Positions 53,952 to 63,648 of a stretch of 64,000 nt of DNA are shown one piece after another. Positions within the stretch are counted from its first letter, which is position 1. Every line of letters begins with the position of its first letter. Below the pieces are notes generated by a model. It did no database searches and had not been told where the DNA came from. It saw only the letters and a program-made list of their open reading frames with translations. The position numbers and the translations under genes were made by a program. Location of the stretch: contig CAZOUA010000009.1 of NCBI GenBank assembly GCA_964582865.1, positions 1,341 through 65,340 of the forward strand, given 5' to 3'. This DNA comes from an uncultured Nitrospira sp. GTDB taxonomy: Bacteria > Nitrospirota > Nitrospiria > Nitrospirales > Nitrospiraceae.

Positions 53952-54578
53952 CTAGACCAATGCGTGATCGAGCGTGTATCGAATAAGATCGGTCGTATTC
54001 TGCATCTGCAGTTTGTCGAGAAGCCTCGTCCGATAGGTGCTCACGGTCTTGACGCTCAACGACAAATCCTCCGCGATTGCTGACACGGTCTTTCCACGGC
54101 CGATTGCACAGAGGACATGAAACTCCCGGTCGGAGAGCCGCTCGTGCGGCAACTGCGTCTCATGCGAGAACGCCATTGCAGCCAAGCGTTCAGCCAACGT
54201 CGCCGTAATGAACTTCCGGCCGGCCAGCACCTGCTTGATCGCGAACGCTAACTCTTCCGGCGCACGCTCCTTCGTCAGATAGGCAGCAGCCCCCGCTTTC
54301 AGCGCCCGTAGGGCATATTGCTCTTCCGGATGAAGACTGAGCATCATCACGGGCAGGGAGGCTCGGCGCGCTTTCACGGTTTTCAACAGCTCGATCCCGC
54401 TCTGATCGGGCAAGTTGATATCCAAGACCGCCAAATCCCAGCACACACGATCCAACAAGGCCAGCGCGTCCTTGCCTGTCGCAGCCTCTTCAACTCTCGC
54501 GTAGGGATAGGCCTCCTGTATCAATTGTGCCAACCCCAGCCTGACGATCGCATGATCGTCCACAATAAGAATATTCAT
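53952..54578 (-). CDS. NarL/FixJ-family response regulator (REC + LuxR HTH), paralog 2
   Basis: 208 aa (MNILIVDDH). Same architecture as paralog 1. Its ATG overlaps the kinase stop (ATGA). Confidence 0.92.
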   Translation of the reverse strand: MNILIVDDHAIVRLGLAQLIQEAYPYARVEEAATGKDALALLDRVCWDLAVLDINLPDQSGIELLKTVKARRASLPVMMLSLHPEEQYALRALKAGAAAYLTKERAPEELAFAIKQVLAGRKFITATLAERLAAMAFSHETQLPHERLSDREFHVLCAIGRGKTVSAIAEDLSLSVKTVSTYRTRLLDKLQMQNTTDLIRYTLDHALV

Positions 54579-57500
54579 GATCTCTCCTCTGCCGCTGGCA
54601 CCCTTCCGCTTTCGATCGGGAACAACAATGACACCGTCGTGCCTTCATTGGGAACACCCGCGATGCTCACCCTCCCGCCGAGCAACGTCACCCGCTCGTG
54701 CAATCCGCGCAACCCCAGCGACCGGCTTTTCTCCCATTCCTGGCGCTGAATGCCACACCCGTCGTCGCGGACGGTCAGGCTCAGTTGATTGTCTTGAAGC
54801 GAGAGCCGCACGGCCACGGTCGAAGCCCTGGCATGACGCATCACGTTGGTCAGGAGCTCTTGCGCGCTGCGAAACACCGTGGTGGCCAAGTCCGGCCTAA
54901 AGTCGCGCTCCCTGATATCGGGATCGACCATCAGCTCGCAGGGCAGACCGGTATGGTCCCGGAACGACGTGGCAAGCCATTCGATGGCCGCGACAAGGCC
55001 GAGATCGTCCAGCACACTGGGCCGCAAGGCCGCCGCCGTGGCTCTTACCGAGCGAATCAGACCGTCCACCGAAGTGGCCATGGACTCGACCTTCGACTTC
55101 ATGGCCGTCCGATCAGCCGCCGCATTCCCGTGGGAGAGCCTTTTCAGAAGCCACGCCACGTCGAATTTCAAACCGGTGAGGACCTGGCCAAACTCGTCGT
55201 GGATTTCGCGGGCGATCCGGCGCCGTTCGCCCTCCTCGACCTCGGCCAGCTGCCGCGTGACAGCTTGTAACCGATCATAGGCCTGCTGACGTTCCGTTTC
55301 CGCCTGTTTGCGCGCAATGGCAATGGCCAATCCGTTGCACACCGACTCCATCGATTGACGCATCGCTTCGGACATCACCTCTCGCCCGAATGTGGCAAAC
55401 ACACCGAATATCTGGCCATCCACAATCAACGGGAAACCGGCGAAGGATTGCAAGCCGTTCTCTCGCAACCATGACTTGTTCGGCAACCGCTCGTCCTGAG
55501 CGACGTCGTTCGTAAAGAGCGGCCCCATGCCCTGGGCGATCCGTCCGATCTTAAGCGTACCGAGAGGAACGCGCCGATATTCTCCGTTCAGGTTCGTCGA
55601 CAACCCGGAACTCGCGTGCAGGTGGAGACATTCGGTGCGGTCCTGGCACCAGGAGGACTTGTGACAATGCTCACAGATGTCGCCGGGTTTCCGCAGCCAG
55701 ATTCGTGTAAATGCCGCCCCGAGATGTTCGACAGCGGCATCCGTACAGCGCTGGAGTTGATGGTCGAGCGGTTCATCGCGGTTCAGCAGGAGGCTGACAT
55801 CGGCGGCAAAGGCCGCGCACTGAGCCCGCTCTTCCAAAGCCTGCTCCGCCTGCTTGCGCCCAGTGATGTCGATCACCGCTCCGGTCGCAAAGAGGAGCTG
55901 GTTGCTGTCATCACGAGCCACAATCCCCCGGTCATAGACCCAACAGATCGTTCCATCCCGACGTATCAGACGGTGCTCGACTTCGTACACACCGGTCGCC
56001 ATTGCAGTCTCCCATGCGGCTTTCATACCGGCCAAATCGTCCGGATGAATGAACTGGAACCACTCCTCGACCGGTTGCGTGGTGGTGTCGCAAGAAAGCC
56101 CGAGGAGTTGATTCAGTCCCGCATCGCGGGTATCCAGCCCCGTCCGAAGGTCCACACGCCACGTCCCAGCCTGACTGGCTTCGATGGCCCGATGTAAGCG
56201 GTCCTCGCTCTCGCGCAGCGCCGCCTCCACACGCTTGCGTTCCGTGATATCCCTGGTAATCGCCTCGACTCCCACCGGCTGTCCGTCTGCGAACCGTACT
56301 TGCACACGCTGACCGAACCAGATCTCGCGCCCGTCTTTCGTTACAGCGGGAAACTCGAAGTAGGTGCTCGGCATCCGGTCATGCAGTTGTTGTCGGTAGA
56401 ACTGCTGCGCGATCTCGTGGAAATCCGGACGGATGAGGGCGAGGTAATGCTTGCCCAGCAACTCCTGCTCTTGATACCCCATGATGGCGCAGGCTGCGGC
56501 GTTGACATAGGTAAAGCGTCCGTCCATCCCGGCGGTATAGATGACATCGGTGGCCTGCGAGACCAGCGAACTGTATCGTTCTTCACTGGCGCGCAACGCC
56601 TCTTCCATCATCTGCCGCTCGGTGATGTCCTCTGAAATCCCCAGCAGATAGCGTGGCGTTCCCAACTCGTCGCAGAGCGGAATCTTCTTCGTATGGAGAA
56701 TTCTGGTTCCTCGCTGCCTGGTTTGTATCGGTTCGCTCGGGATGTCCCACAGGCGTCCGGACTCCAGCACTTCCCGGTCTTTGCGAGTGAAGAAATCCGC
56801 TTCGTCCTGCGGGAAGAAATCATAATCGTTTTTCCCGATCATTTCCTCACGCCGATACCCGAGCAGATCCTCACCGGCTTTATTAATCTCCACGAACCGA
56901 AGATCGTCGGCATCCTTGATAAAGATCATATTGGGAATGTTCTCCAGGACCGACATGACGAAGGCCTGCGCCTTCTTGAGTTCTTGCTCCGCGCGCTTTC
57001 GTCCCGTGACGTCGATCTCGATGCCGGCCATGCGAATCGCCTTACCCTGCGCATCGCGTTCGATCACCCGTCCACGATCCATAACCCAGGTCCATTCATC
57101 GGCGGCCGTTCGAATGCGCATCTCCGCTTCGTATGTCGACGCCGTTCCATCGAGGCAATCCTGCAACATCCGCAGGACATGCGCGCGATCGTCCGGATGC
57201 AGGCTGTCACTCCACGAAGACACGTGCGGCTTCACATTCTCGATCGACATTCCGCGGTTGGCCGCCCACTGGTCGTTATATTGCACCGCTCCGGTCGATA
57301 CGTTCCAATCCCACGTGGCAACGCCGGTGGCATCTAAAATCAATTCGAGCCGTCTCTGACTTTCCTGCAACGCGACCGTGCGCTCTTCCACCCGATGCTC
57401 CAGCTCCTCACGGGCCTGCCGAATGGCCTCTTCCGCAACCTTGCGTTCCGTGATGTCCCGTACGATCGCACAGGTGAACCCATGTCCCGCATGTTCAAGA

Positions 57501-58855
57501 TAATTCAGGGACACTTCGACGGGAAACACCGTCCCGTCCTTTCGCCGATGCCGGGATTCATAGTGAACAGCCTGCCCGTCTTTGCGCTGCACAAGACGCT
57601 GCGCATACTGCACCGGGTCATGATGGGGAACAATGTCGGCAATGGTGAGGCCTCTGATTTCTTCAGGACTATAGCCCAGGGACCGGCAAGCCGCCTCGTT
57701 GGCGTAAATAAGCCGCTGTTCCATGTTGGCCCAAAGAATTCCGTCGCCGGCGTGCTCGACGGCGAACAAGGCCAGTCGCCGCCGCTGCTCGCTCTGGTTG
57801 AGTGCGGCAGCAGTTTGCCCGCGCCGGCGATCGATCTCGTTGAGCGAGCGAGCCGTCCGCCAGAGCAGCGCGAACAACGCCACCGTGGCCAATGTGGCAA
57901 AGAGGGCAAGCCCCGCCGACGTGCCGTAGAGTCCCTGGCGTTCTCCGTACAACCGAATCCAGCCGATCGCCGGAAACGCCACTAATGCTCCGGGCAACAG
58001 ACGCCTGAGCATGTAGCCGCCGGCTTCGTCGCTTGTCACCACCGCGACCATGCCTCGATCGGGATGGAGCGCAAGAATCCCAATTCCCGCTACGAGCAAG
58101 GCCAGCGTCGTGTGGATTGCCATGGGCGCGTACTGACCGATCCCATAGAGCGATCGGTCATGATAGAGATAGCCCAGCAAAGCCATGAAGGCGATGAACA
58201 GGCCTCCGATCGTGAGTCCTTCATACAGGGCGGTAGGAAACCCTTCGGTTCGCACGTGCATCAGAAGCGCGCCACCGAAGAGGGCCATGCAGATCGCGGT
58301 ATTGATCCCCATGCGGCCCGGGCGCCAGGGATCCGCGGCGGTCAGCGATTCATGGAACAGCCATTCATCGAATCCGAGATTCCTGGCCAGGACGTACTCA
58401 ATACTGGTCAGCATCCCGATCACCGTGACCGCTCCTGCAGACCCATAGGCTACCCAGCGAATCCACGGCGTAGTCGTCCGAAGCGACAATCCCAACAGGG
58501 CCATGCCGAGCAGGATAAACGCCAAGGCGGTGTTGGGCTTCATCGAAACCGAACCGGAAACGAGGCTTTTCAGCGTGGTGCTGTCGATGGCCCAGCCGAA
58601 CAAGACAAGGCTGCCCACTGCCAGAGACAAGAAACCAGCCAGGGGTGACGTGGGTTGAGAGAAACGCGAACGAAGTGCCGTAAAAGAAGTCACGTCAACT
58701 CGCGCATGGAGAAATGTTGGCGCAGGATGGAAGGAAATCAGAAAATTGTCAAGGTCGTGCGCCCGCCCCCTTGTTGCACGTGAAACCCGTGAGGAACAGC
58801 GCAGCCGTCGCTGCCAGGACGGCAGAAGAGCGCCGCCACTCGGGCCAGTGAACAA
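54575..58855 (-). CDS. very large sensor histidine kinase (polytopic membrane domain, about 6 PAS, GAF, HisKA_3, HATPase_c)
   Basis: 1426 aa. NarX-type H-box REIHDEFGQVLTGL, and the C-terminal ATPase (DDGCGI, GLRGLHERV). The ORF-track start is TTG without an SD, so the true start is uncertain. Confidence 0.92.
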   Translation of the reverse strand: MFTGPSGGALLPSWQRRLRCSSRVSRATRGRAHDLDNFLISFHPAPTFLHARVDVTSFTALRSRFSQPTSPLAGFLSLAVGSLVLFGWAIDSTTLKSLVSGSVSMKPNTALAFILLGMALLGLSLRTTTPWIRWVAYGSAGAVTVIGMLTSIEYVLARNLGFDEWLFHESLTAADPWRPGRMGINTAICMALFGGALLMHVRTEGFPTALYEGLTIGGLFIAFMALLGYLYHDRSLYGIGQYAPMAIHTTLALLVAGIGILALHPDRGMVAVVTSDEAGGYMLRRLLPGALVAFPAIGWIRLYGERQGLYGTSAGLALFATLATVALFALLWRTARSLNEIDRRRGQTAAALNQSEQRRRLALFAVEHAGDGILWANMEQRLIYANEAACRSLGYSPEEIRGLTIADIVPHHDPVQYAQRLVQRKDGQAVHYESRHRRKDGTVFPVEVSLNYLEHAGHGFTCAIVRDITERKVAEEAIRQAREELEHRVEERTVALQESQRRLELILDATGVATWDWNVSTGAVQYNDQWAANRGMSIENVKPHVSSWSDSLHPDDRAHVLRMLQDCLDGTASTYEAEMRIRTAADEWTWVMDRGRVIERDAQGKAIRMAGIEIDVTGRKRAEQELKKAQAFVMSVLENIPNMIFIKDADDLRFVEINKAGEDLLGYRREEMIGKNDYDFFPQDEADFFTRKDREVLESGRLWDIPSEPIQTRQRGTRILHTKKIPLCDELGTPRYLLGISEDITERQMMEEALRASEERYSSLVSQATDVIYTAGMDGRFTYVNAAACAIMGYQEQELLGKHYLALIRPDFHEIAQQFYRQQLHDRMPSTYFEFPAVTKDGREIWFGQRVQVRFADGQPVGVEAITRDITERKRVEAALRESEDRLHRAIEASQAGTWRVDLRTGLDTRDAGLNQLLGLSCDTTTQPVEEWFQFIHPDDLAGMKAAWETAMATGVYEVEHRLIRRDGTICWVYDRGIVARDDSNQLLFATGAVIDITGRKQAEQALEERAQCAAFAADVSLLLNRDEPLDHQLQRCTDAAVEHLGAAFTRIWLRKPGDICEHCHKSSWCQDRTECLHLHASSGLSTNLNGEYRRVPLGTLKIGRIAQGMGPLFTNDVAQDERLPNKSWLRENGLQSFAGFPLIVDGQIFGVFATFGREVMSEAMRQSMESVCNGLAIAIARKQAETERQQAYDRLQAVTRQLAEVEEGERRRIAREIHDEFGQVLTGLKFDVAWLLKRLSHGNAAADRTAMKSKVESMATSVDGLIRSVRATAAALRPSVLDDLGLVAAIEWLATSFRDHTGLPCELMVDPDIRERDFRPDLATTVFRSAQELLTNVMRHARASTVAVRLSLQDNQLSLTVRDDGCGIQRQEWEKSRSLGLRGLHERVTLLGGRVSIAGVPNEGTTVSLLFPIESGRVPAAEERS

Positions 58856-58869
58856 TCCGAGGAGGCAGG

Positions 58870-59319
58870 TCAGAATTGGAGATAGGGGCAGGGGCCGAAT
58901 AGACGCTTACAGCCGACCAGATACAATTCACCCTCCGACTCGATACGAGCCACTCTGGTCCAACGGACTTCGAGGACGGAGGCGGCCCGACGCCTAAAGG
59001 ACTCCGCCGTATGGACCTCGAGGTACTGCGTTCTTGTGGGAGCGCAACCCATCAGCAGCAACATCCCCCTCTCGCTGCGGTTCAGCGAATACGCTTTGCC
59101 TGACGTGGTCGTCACCAGCCCTTCGTCACGTATCTCGATCATGTCATAGGTGCAGACCTGGAGCACAGGTTCCCGCTTTTCTCTCCCCTGCTCCTCGTGA
59201 ATCACGCTCTCCGGTAGCCAGAAACCTGCAAGCGGAGCGACGGAAGCCGATCTTTCCAATCCATTTCTCACGAATTCAGTGATCTGTGCGCGAAAGCTGT
59301 GAAGGGCTTGACCTTGCAT
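58870..59319 (-). CDS. hypothetical protein, possibly a PilZ-like beta-barrel
   Basis: 149 aa from the ATG at 59319 (GAGGAGG SD). Contains NRSERG (a D/NxSxxG-like motif) preceded by REKRE, and ..VLEVRW...LYLVGCKRL. The RxxxR motif is imperfect. Confidence 0.55.
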   Translation of the reverse strand: MQGQALHSFRAQITEFVRNGLERSASVAPLAGFWLPESVIHEEQGREKREPVLQVCTYDMIEIRDEGLVTTTSGKAYSLNRSERGMLLLMGCAPTRTQYLEVHTAESFRRRAASVLEVRWTRVARIESEGELYLVGCKRLFGPCPYLQF

Positions 59320-59672
59320 GGCGGCCTCCTCGATGGAGTGTCTAGATGAGGCGTCTAATGGACGAAGATGAGGATGGTTAATGAGCAAGGGCTGTACCCT
59401 ATGCTTGGAACCCCTTCGCCCTGTGAAAGCCGGCTCTTTCGGGTGATCCTTTGTTGGACGGCAGGAACAAGCGAAGGCAAATGGGAACAGGTTCGCAATG
59501 AGAATGCTGCTTATCATGCCGTTTTCACAGGTTTCTCTCGCCTGTACTCCTCGACCTACGGGAAAATGATTTTTCCTTCACTCCATTTGATCCAGAGGCT
59601 GAGAGCTGTTTCTGTCGTTCCTTCGACGGATGCCGTCCAGGCCAGAACGAGGAATCAGCTCAAACTTTATTA

Positions 59673-59702
59673 TTGACTGATCATTCCAGTACAGAATATC
59701 CT
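59673..59702 (+). promoter_or_regulatory. candidate sigma70 promoter for the TetR gene
   Basis: TTGACT (59673-78) - 18 nt - TATCCT (59697-702), 22 nt upstream of the ATG at 59724. By-eye match only. Confidence 0.25.
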
Positions 59703-59723
59703 CCCCTTCTTACCGAGGACGCC

Positions 59724-60302
59724 ATGCCGCGACCCAAAGAATTCAATCCGGACGAAGCCCTCGACAAAGCCATGCAGGTCTTCTGGCACAAGGGCTACGA
59801 AGCGACCTCGATAGAAGATCTGCTCAGTGCGATGGATCTCAATCGCGGCAGCCTCTATGCCACGTTCGGTGACAAGCGCCAACTATTTTTGAAGGCGATG
59901 GATCTCTACTGCATCGGAAGTGGGGGTAGACTTTCGATTTTGGATCAACCCGGTCCCGCAATTCCTCTGATCCGCCAGTTCATCGATACCATGCTGGGAT
60001 TTGGCCTTTCCGATCCACAACGCCGGGGCTGCCTGCTGACCAACACCGTCATGGAACTGGGACCGCATGAGAAAGACATCGCGAAGAAAGTCGCAGAGCG
60101 CTTCCAGTCGCTCGAAGAGGCATTCTTCACGCTCCTCACGCGAGCCAAGCAAGAAGGCGAGTTGGCCAAGGGCAAAGACCCGCGTGCGCTCGCACGAGTC
60201 CTCGTCACAATGATGCAGGGCACGATCGTGCTGATCAAAGCCGGTATGCCGGCCGAAGTGGTGAAGCAGACAGCAGAGACGGCCTTGTCGATTTTGGACT
60301 GA
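59724..60302 (+). CDS. TetR/AcrR-family transcriptional regulator
   Basis: 192 aa from the ATG at 59724. N-terminal HTH ALDKAMQVFWHKGYEATSIEDLLSAMDLNRGSLYATFGDKRQLF. Confidence 0.88.
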   Translation: MPRPKEFNPDEALDKAMQVFWHKGYEATSIEDLLSAMDLNRGSLYATFGDKRQLFLKAMDLYCIGSGGRLSILDQPGPAIPLIRQFIDTMLGFGLSDPQRRGCLLTNTVMELGPHEKDIAKKVAERFQSLEEAFFTLLTRAKQEGELAKGKDPRALARVLVTMMQGTIVLIKAGMPAEVVKQTAETALSILD

Positions 60303-60685
60303 ACGTCGACGGGCCTTATCTGTCGCAGGGAAAGATGCTTGCCGGCGTCTTGAGCAAAGACCTGGCCGTGCGGGTCGACTCCGAGGGTAACAACGCGGCA
60401 CACAACGAACCGCACACGAGGTCGATGGATTTCACGAACACACCCATACAGGGCTGCATTTATGTGAAGTCCTGGCGGAGCAAAGACCGCAGCACAATGA
60501 CGCAAGTGGCTCACAAGAGGGCTGACGTTTGCGGCCAACTTGCCGCCCGTGAAACGGGAACCGGTACCACGAGTATCCGCCTTGAGCCCTCACAAGAGGG
60601 AACATCATGATGGCCGCCATCGCCATCAGGAAAAGATACGAAACAGGATCACCCTGCTGAAACTGTTGGAGATGGACCACAACCG

Positions 60686-61951
60686 ATGAACGATGACGTT
60701 TCCAATCGCGCACGTGAAGCGGCAGACATGATCTACCGCACGGGGTCACGCCAGGTGCTGGCCACACTAATCCGCCTGCTGGGAGACTTCGACGCCGCGG
60801 AGGAAGCATTGCACGAAGCCTTTGCGGCGGCGGTCGAACAATGGGCGCGCGAGGGCGTGCCGGCCAATCCGCGAGCCTGGCTCGTTTCGACCGGCCGCTT
60901 CAAAGCGATCGACGGGATGCGCCGGCGGGCCCGCCACGATGCGTCGCTGGAGGAATTGGCGAAGCAGGTCGAGTCCACGACCAGCATAGAGGCCGAGCAA
61001 CAGGAGGATGGACACCTCGAAGACGACCGGTTGCGATTGATTTTCACCTGCTGCCATCCGGCATTGGCGCCGGAAGCGCAAGTGGCCATGACGCTCCGGG
61101 AAGTCTGCGGCCTCACGACAGAAGAAATCGCACGGGCCTTTCTGACGAAACCTCCGACCATCGCCCAACGGATCGTCCGGGCCAAGGCGAAGATTCGCGA
61201 CGCACGGATTCCCTATGAAGTCCCTCCCGAGAAGGAATTGCCGGATCGATTGGATGCCGTCCTCCGCGTCGTGTACCTCGTGTTCAACGAGGGATACTCG
61301 GCCTCGTTCGGCCGCGAAGTCACACGGCATGATCTCTGCGGAGAAGCCATTCGTCTTGGAAGAGTCCTTATCACATTGCTCCCCCATCCGGAAGCCGTGG
61401 GACTGCTGGGGCTGATGTTGCTCCAAGACTCACGCCGTGCTGCACGCACCTCGGCAACCGGCGAATTGATTCTCTTGGAAGACCAGGATCGGTCGCTGTG
61501 GAATCGAGACCAGATCGGGGAAGGCATCGCGCTCGTGCAGCGGGCCTTTTCGGCGGGTCAGGTCGGTGCCTACGCCATCCAGGCGACGATCGCAGCCGCG
61601 CATGCCCAGGCCCCGACCGCCGCTGCAACGGATTGGGGAAAGATTGTCGATCTCTATACCCTCCTGCTCCAGGTTGAGCCTTCGCCGGTGATCGAACTCA
61701 ACCGTGCCGTCGCCGTGGCCATGCGCGACGGTCCTGAGGCGGGACTCGCCCTCATCGATACGATCCTCAAGAGGGGGGACCTGGAGGCCTATCACTTGGC
61801 CCATGCCGCAAGAGCAGACCTGTGCCGGCGGCTGGGACGAACGAAGGAAGCGCGGACGTCTTACCAACGGGCCCTCAGCATCACGCAACAGGAACCAGAG
61901 CGGCGGTTTCTGGAGAAACGACTGGCCGAGTTAGCCGGCTCGAGCAGCTGA
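60686..61951 (+). CDS. extended ECF-type sigma factor (about 420 aa, YciI/DGPF-associated class with C-terminal helical domain)
   Basis: Region 2 (AEEALHEAFAAAVEQW..NPRAWLVSTGRFKAIDGMRR) and region 4 (LTTEEIARAFLTKPPTIAQRIVRAKAKI), then a helical extension of about 230 aa. Confidence 0.9.
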   Translation: MNDDVSNRAREAADMIYRTGSRQVLATLIRLLGDFDAAEEALHEAFAAAVEQWAREGVPANPRAWLVSTGRFKAIDGMRRRARHDASLEELAKQVESTTSIEAEQQEDGHLEDDRLRLIFTCCHPALAPEAQVAMTLREVCGLTTEEIARAFLTKPPTIAQRIVRAKAKIRDARIPYEVPPEKELPDRLDAVLRVVYLVFNEGYSASFGREVTRHDLCGEAIRLGRVLITLLPHPEAVGLLGLMLLQDSRRAARTSATGELILLEDQDRSLWNRDQIGEGIALVQRAFSAGQVGAYAIQATIAAAHAQAPTAAATDWGKIVDLYTLLLQVEPSPVIELNRAVAVAMRDGPEAGLALIDTILKRGDLEAYHLAHAARADLCRRLGRTKEARTSYQRALSITQQEPERRFLEKRLAELAGSSS

Positions 61952-62098
61952 GTCATTTCCTGGCCGACTCGTAAGTCCTTGATCAAGCACTAACAAATCA
62001 CCCCGCTGCCAGATTGATGGTGGCGTTGTCGATTTTCGTGTTGCCCGACGACTATCTTATGCCAGCAGCGATGCAAAACTCTTGGAGGAGGGTATGTC

Positions 62099-62455
62099 AT
62101 GAAATACTTGTGCTTGATCTATCTTGAAGAAAAGACGCTTCACGCCATGCCGCAGAACGAACGGACCGCGCTCTCCAACGAATCGATGACTTACTGCGAT
62201 GTGTTACAGAAGCAAGGTCAGCTTCTGGCCGCCTCTCCCCTCCACCCGGTGGAGACTGCCACCACCGTGCGGGTTCGCGAAGGGAAGACGTCGACGACTG
62301 ACGGCCCCTTTGCCGAAACGAAAGAACAGCTGGGCGGTTTCCTGATGATCGACGTGCGGGACCTCAACGACGCCATCCGTATTGCCGCTCAATTCCCGGC
62401 CGCTCGGTACGGCAGTGTAGAGGTCCGGCCGATGAAAGAGCTCGGCTGTGCGTAA
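62099..62455 (+). CDS. YciI-like (DGPF domain) protein, paralog 1
   Basis: 118 aa. TDGPFAETKEQLGGFLMIDVRDLNDAIRIAAQFP. GGAGGAGG SD. Confidence 0.88.
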   Translation: MKYLCLIYLEEKTLHAMPQNERTALSNESMTYCDVLQKQGQLLAASPLHPVETATTVRVREGKTSTTDGPFAETKEQLGGFLMIDVRDLNDAIRIAAQFPAARYGSVEVRPMKELGCA

Positions 62456-62490
62456 ACGCAGGTAATCTCCACCATACCGGGAATCACGCT

Positions 62491-62853
62491 ATGAAGTTCA
62501 TGTTGATCGTGCATCATAACGAGGACGCCTTCGAGAAAATGGAAAAGGAGACGCGCCAACAGTTGCTCACGGAATCCATTGAACTGACGCATCAGCTCCA
62601 TGCCACCGGACAATATGTTCATGCGTCGCCGTTGCAGCCGGCGGCAACGGCCGTCATGGTACGGATGCGCAAAGGCAAACCGCTGGTCACCGACGGCCCC
62701 TTTATCGAGACCCGCGAGCAGATCGCCGGCTATTTTCTGATCGACGCCCGGGATCTCCACGAGGCGATCAACATTGCCGCCAGGGTACCGGGAGCGCGGA
62801 TCGGCACAGTCGAGGTTCGCCCGTTGATCGAGATCACGGGCCTGCCGGAATGA
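62491..62853 (+). CDS. YciI-like (DGPF domain) protein, paralog 2
   Basis: 120 aa. TDGPFIETREQIAGYFLIDARDLHEAINIAARVP. Confidence 0.88.
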   Translation: MKFMLIVHHNEDAFEKMEKETRQQLLTESIELTHQLHATGQYVHASPLQPAATAVMVRMRKGKPLVTDGPFIETREQIAGYFLIDARDLHEAINIAARVPGARIGTVEVRPLIEITGLPE

Positions 62854-62966
62854 ACAACAGGGCAATGTCGATTTCGAGCTGCCCTGTTCGACTAAGAGGT
62901 AGAACCGGCTATCGGTCAAGACCACGCGGAAGCCCAATTTAATTATCAATCAAAAGGAGTTCTCCT

Positions 62967-63392
62967 ATGCGATTCATGATCATCGTCAAAGCCACGAAGG
63001 ATTCGGAAAGCGGCGTGATGCCGAGCGAGCAACTGCTGACTGAGATGGGGAAGTTCAACGAAGAGCTGGTGAAAGCCGGCGTGATGCTTGCGGGAGAAGG
63101 GCTCCAGCCGAGCTCGAAGGGCGCGCGTGTCAGGTTTTCGGGAAGCACGCGCACCGTGATCGACGGCCCCTTCGCCGAAACGAAGGAGTTGATCGCCGGA
63201 TTCTGGCTCTGGCAGGTGAAGTCGATGGCAGAGGCGATCGAATGGGTCAAACGCTGCCCCAATCCCATGGAGGGAGAATCCGAGATCGAAATTCGCCAGG
63301 TGTTCGAAGCAGGGGACTTCGGCGCTGAGTTCACGCCTGAGCTCAGGGAGCAAGAGGAACGGTTGCGGGCGGAGGTAGCCAAAAGGAAATAG
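62967..63392 (+). CDS. YciI-like (DGPF domain) protein, paralog 3
   Basis: 141 aa. IDGPFAETKELIAGFWLWQVKSMAEAIEWVKRCP. AAAAGGAG SD. Confidence 0.88.
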   Translation: MRFMIIVKATKDSESGVMPSEQLLTEMGKFNEELVKAGVMLAGEGLQPSSKGARVRFSGSTRTVIDGPFAETKELIAGFWLWQVKSMAEAIEWVKRCPNPMEGESEIEIRQVFEAGDFGAEFTPELREQEERLRAEVAKRK

Positions 63393-63484
63393 GGACATCT
63401 CCTTCGTGGGCTCGACGCAGGACCGGTCGAGCGCGCCCTGGCCGGTCTGAAGATCGTCACGAAACAATAAGAAAGGTGGCGTGC

Positions 63485-63604
63485 ATGCGCTACGTCAATG
63501 GATGCCTGGTCCCCGTTCCGAAGAAGAATATAAAGAGCGACCGCCGCATCGCGCAGCAGGCGGGGAAAATCTGGCGCGAGCACGGCGCGCTGGATTACAA
63601 GGAA
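63485..63604 (+). pseudogene. N-terminal fragment (about 40 codons) of a DUF1428 (YbaA-like) gene
   Basis: MRYVNGCLVPVPKKNIKSDRRIAQQAGKIWREHGALDYKE aligns with DUF1428 N-termini. Similarity stops there, and the rest of the 114-aa ORF is the out-of-frame shadow of the next gene. Confidence 0.6.
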
Positions 63605-63648
63605 CGCAGCGCAATCATTTCAAGTTGGCCTACATTTGGAGGAGTGAC

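Noticed and set aside
60335-60660. 91-aa ORF (60335..60610) and a 17-codon uORF with an SD (60607..60660) upstream of the ECF sigma gene
   Set aside because: The 91-aa product has no coding-like composition or SD. The uORF (MMAAIAIRKRYETGSPC) is too short to support without conservation or ribosome-profiling data.
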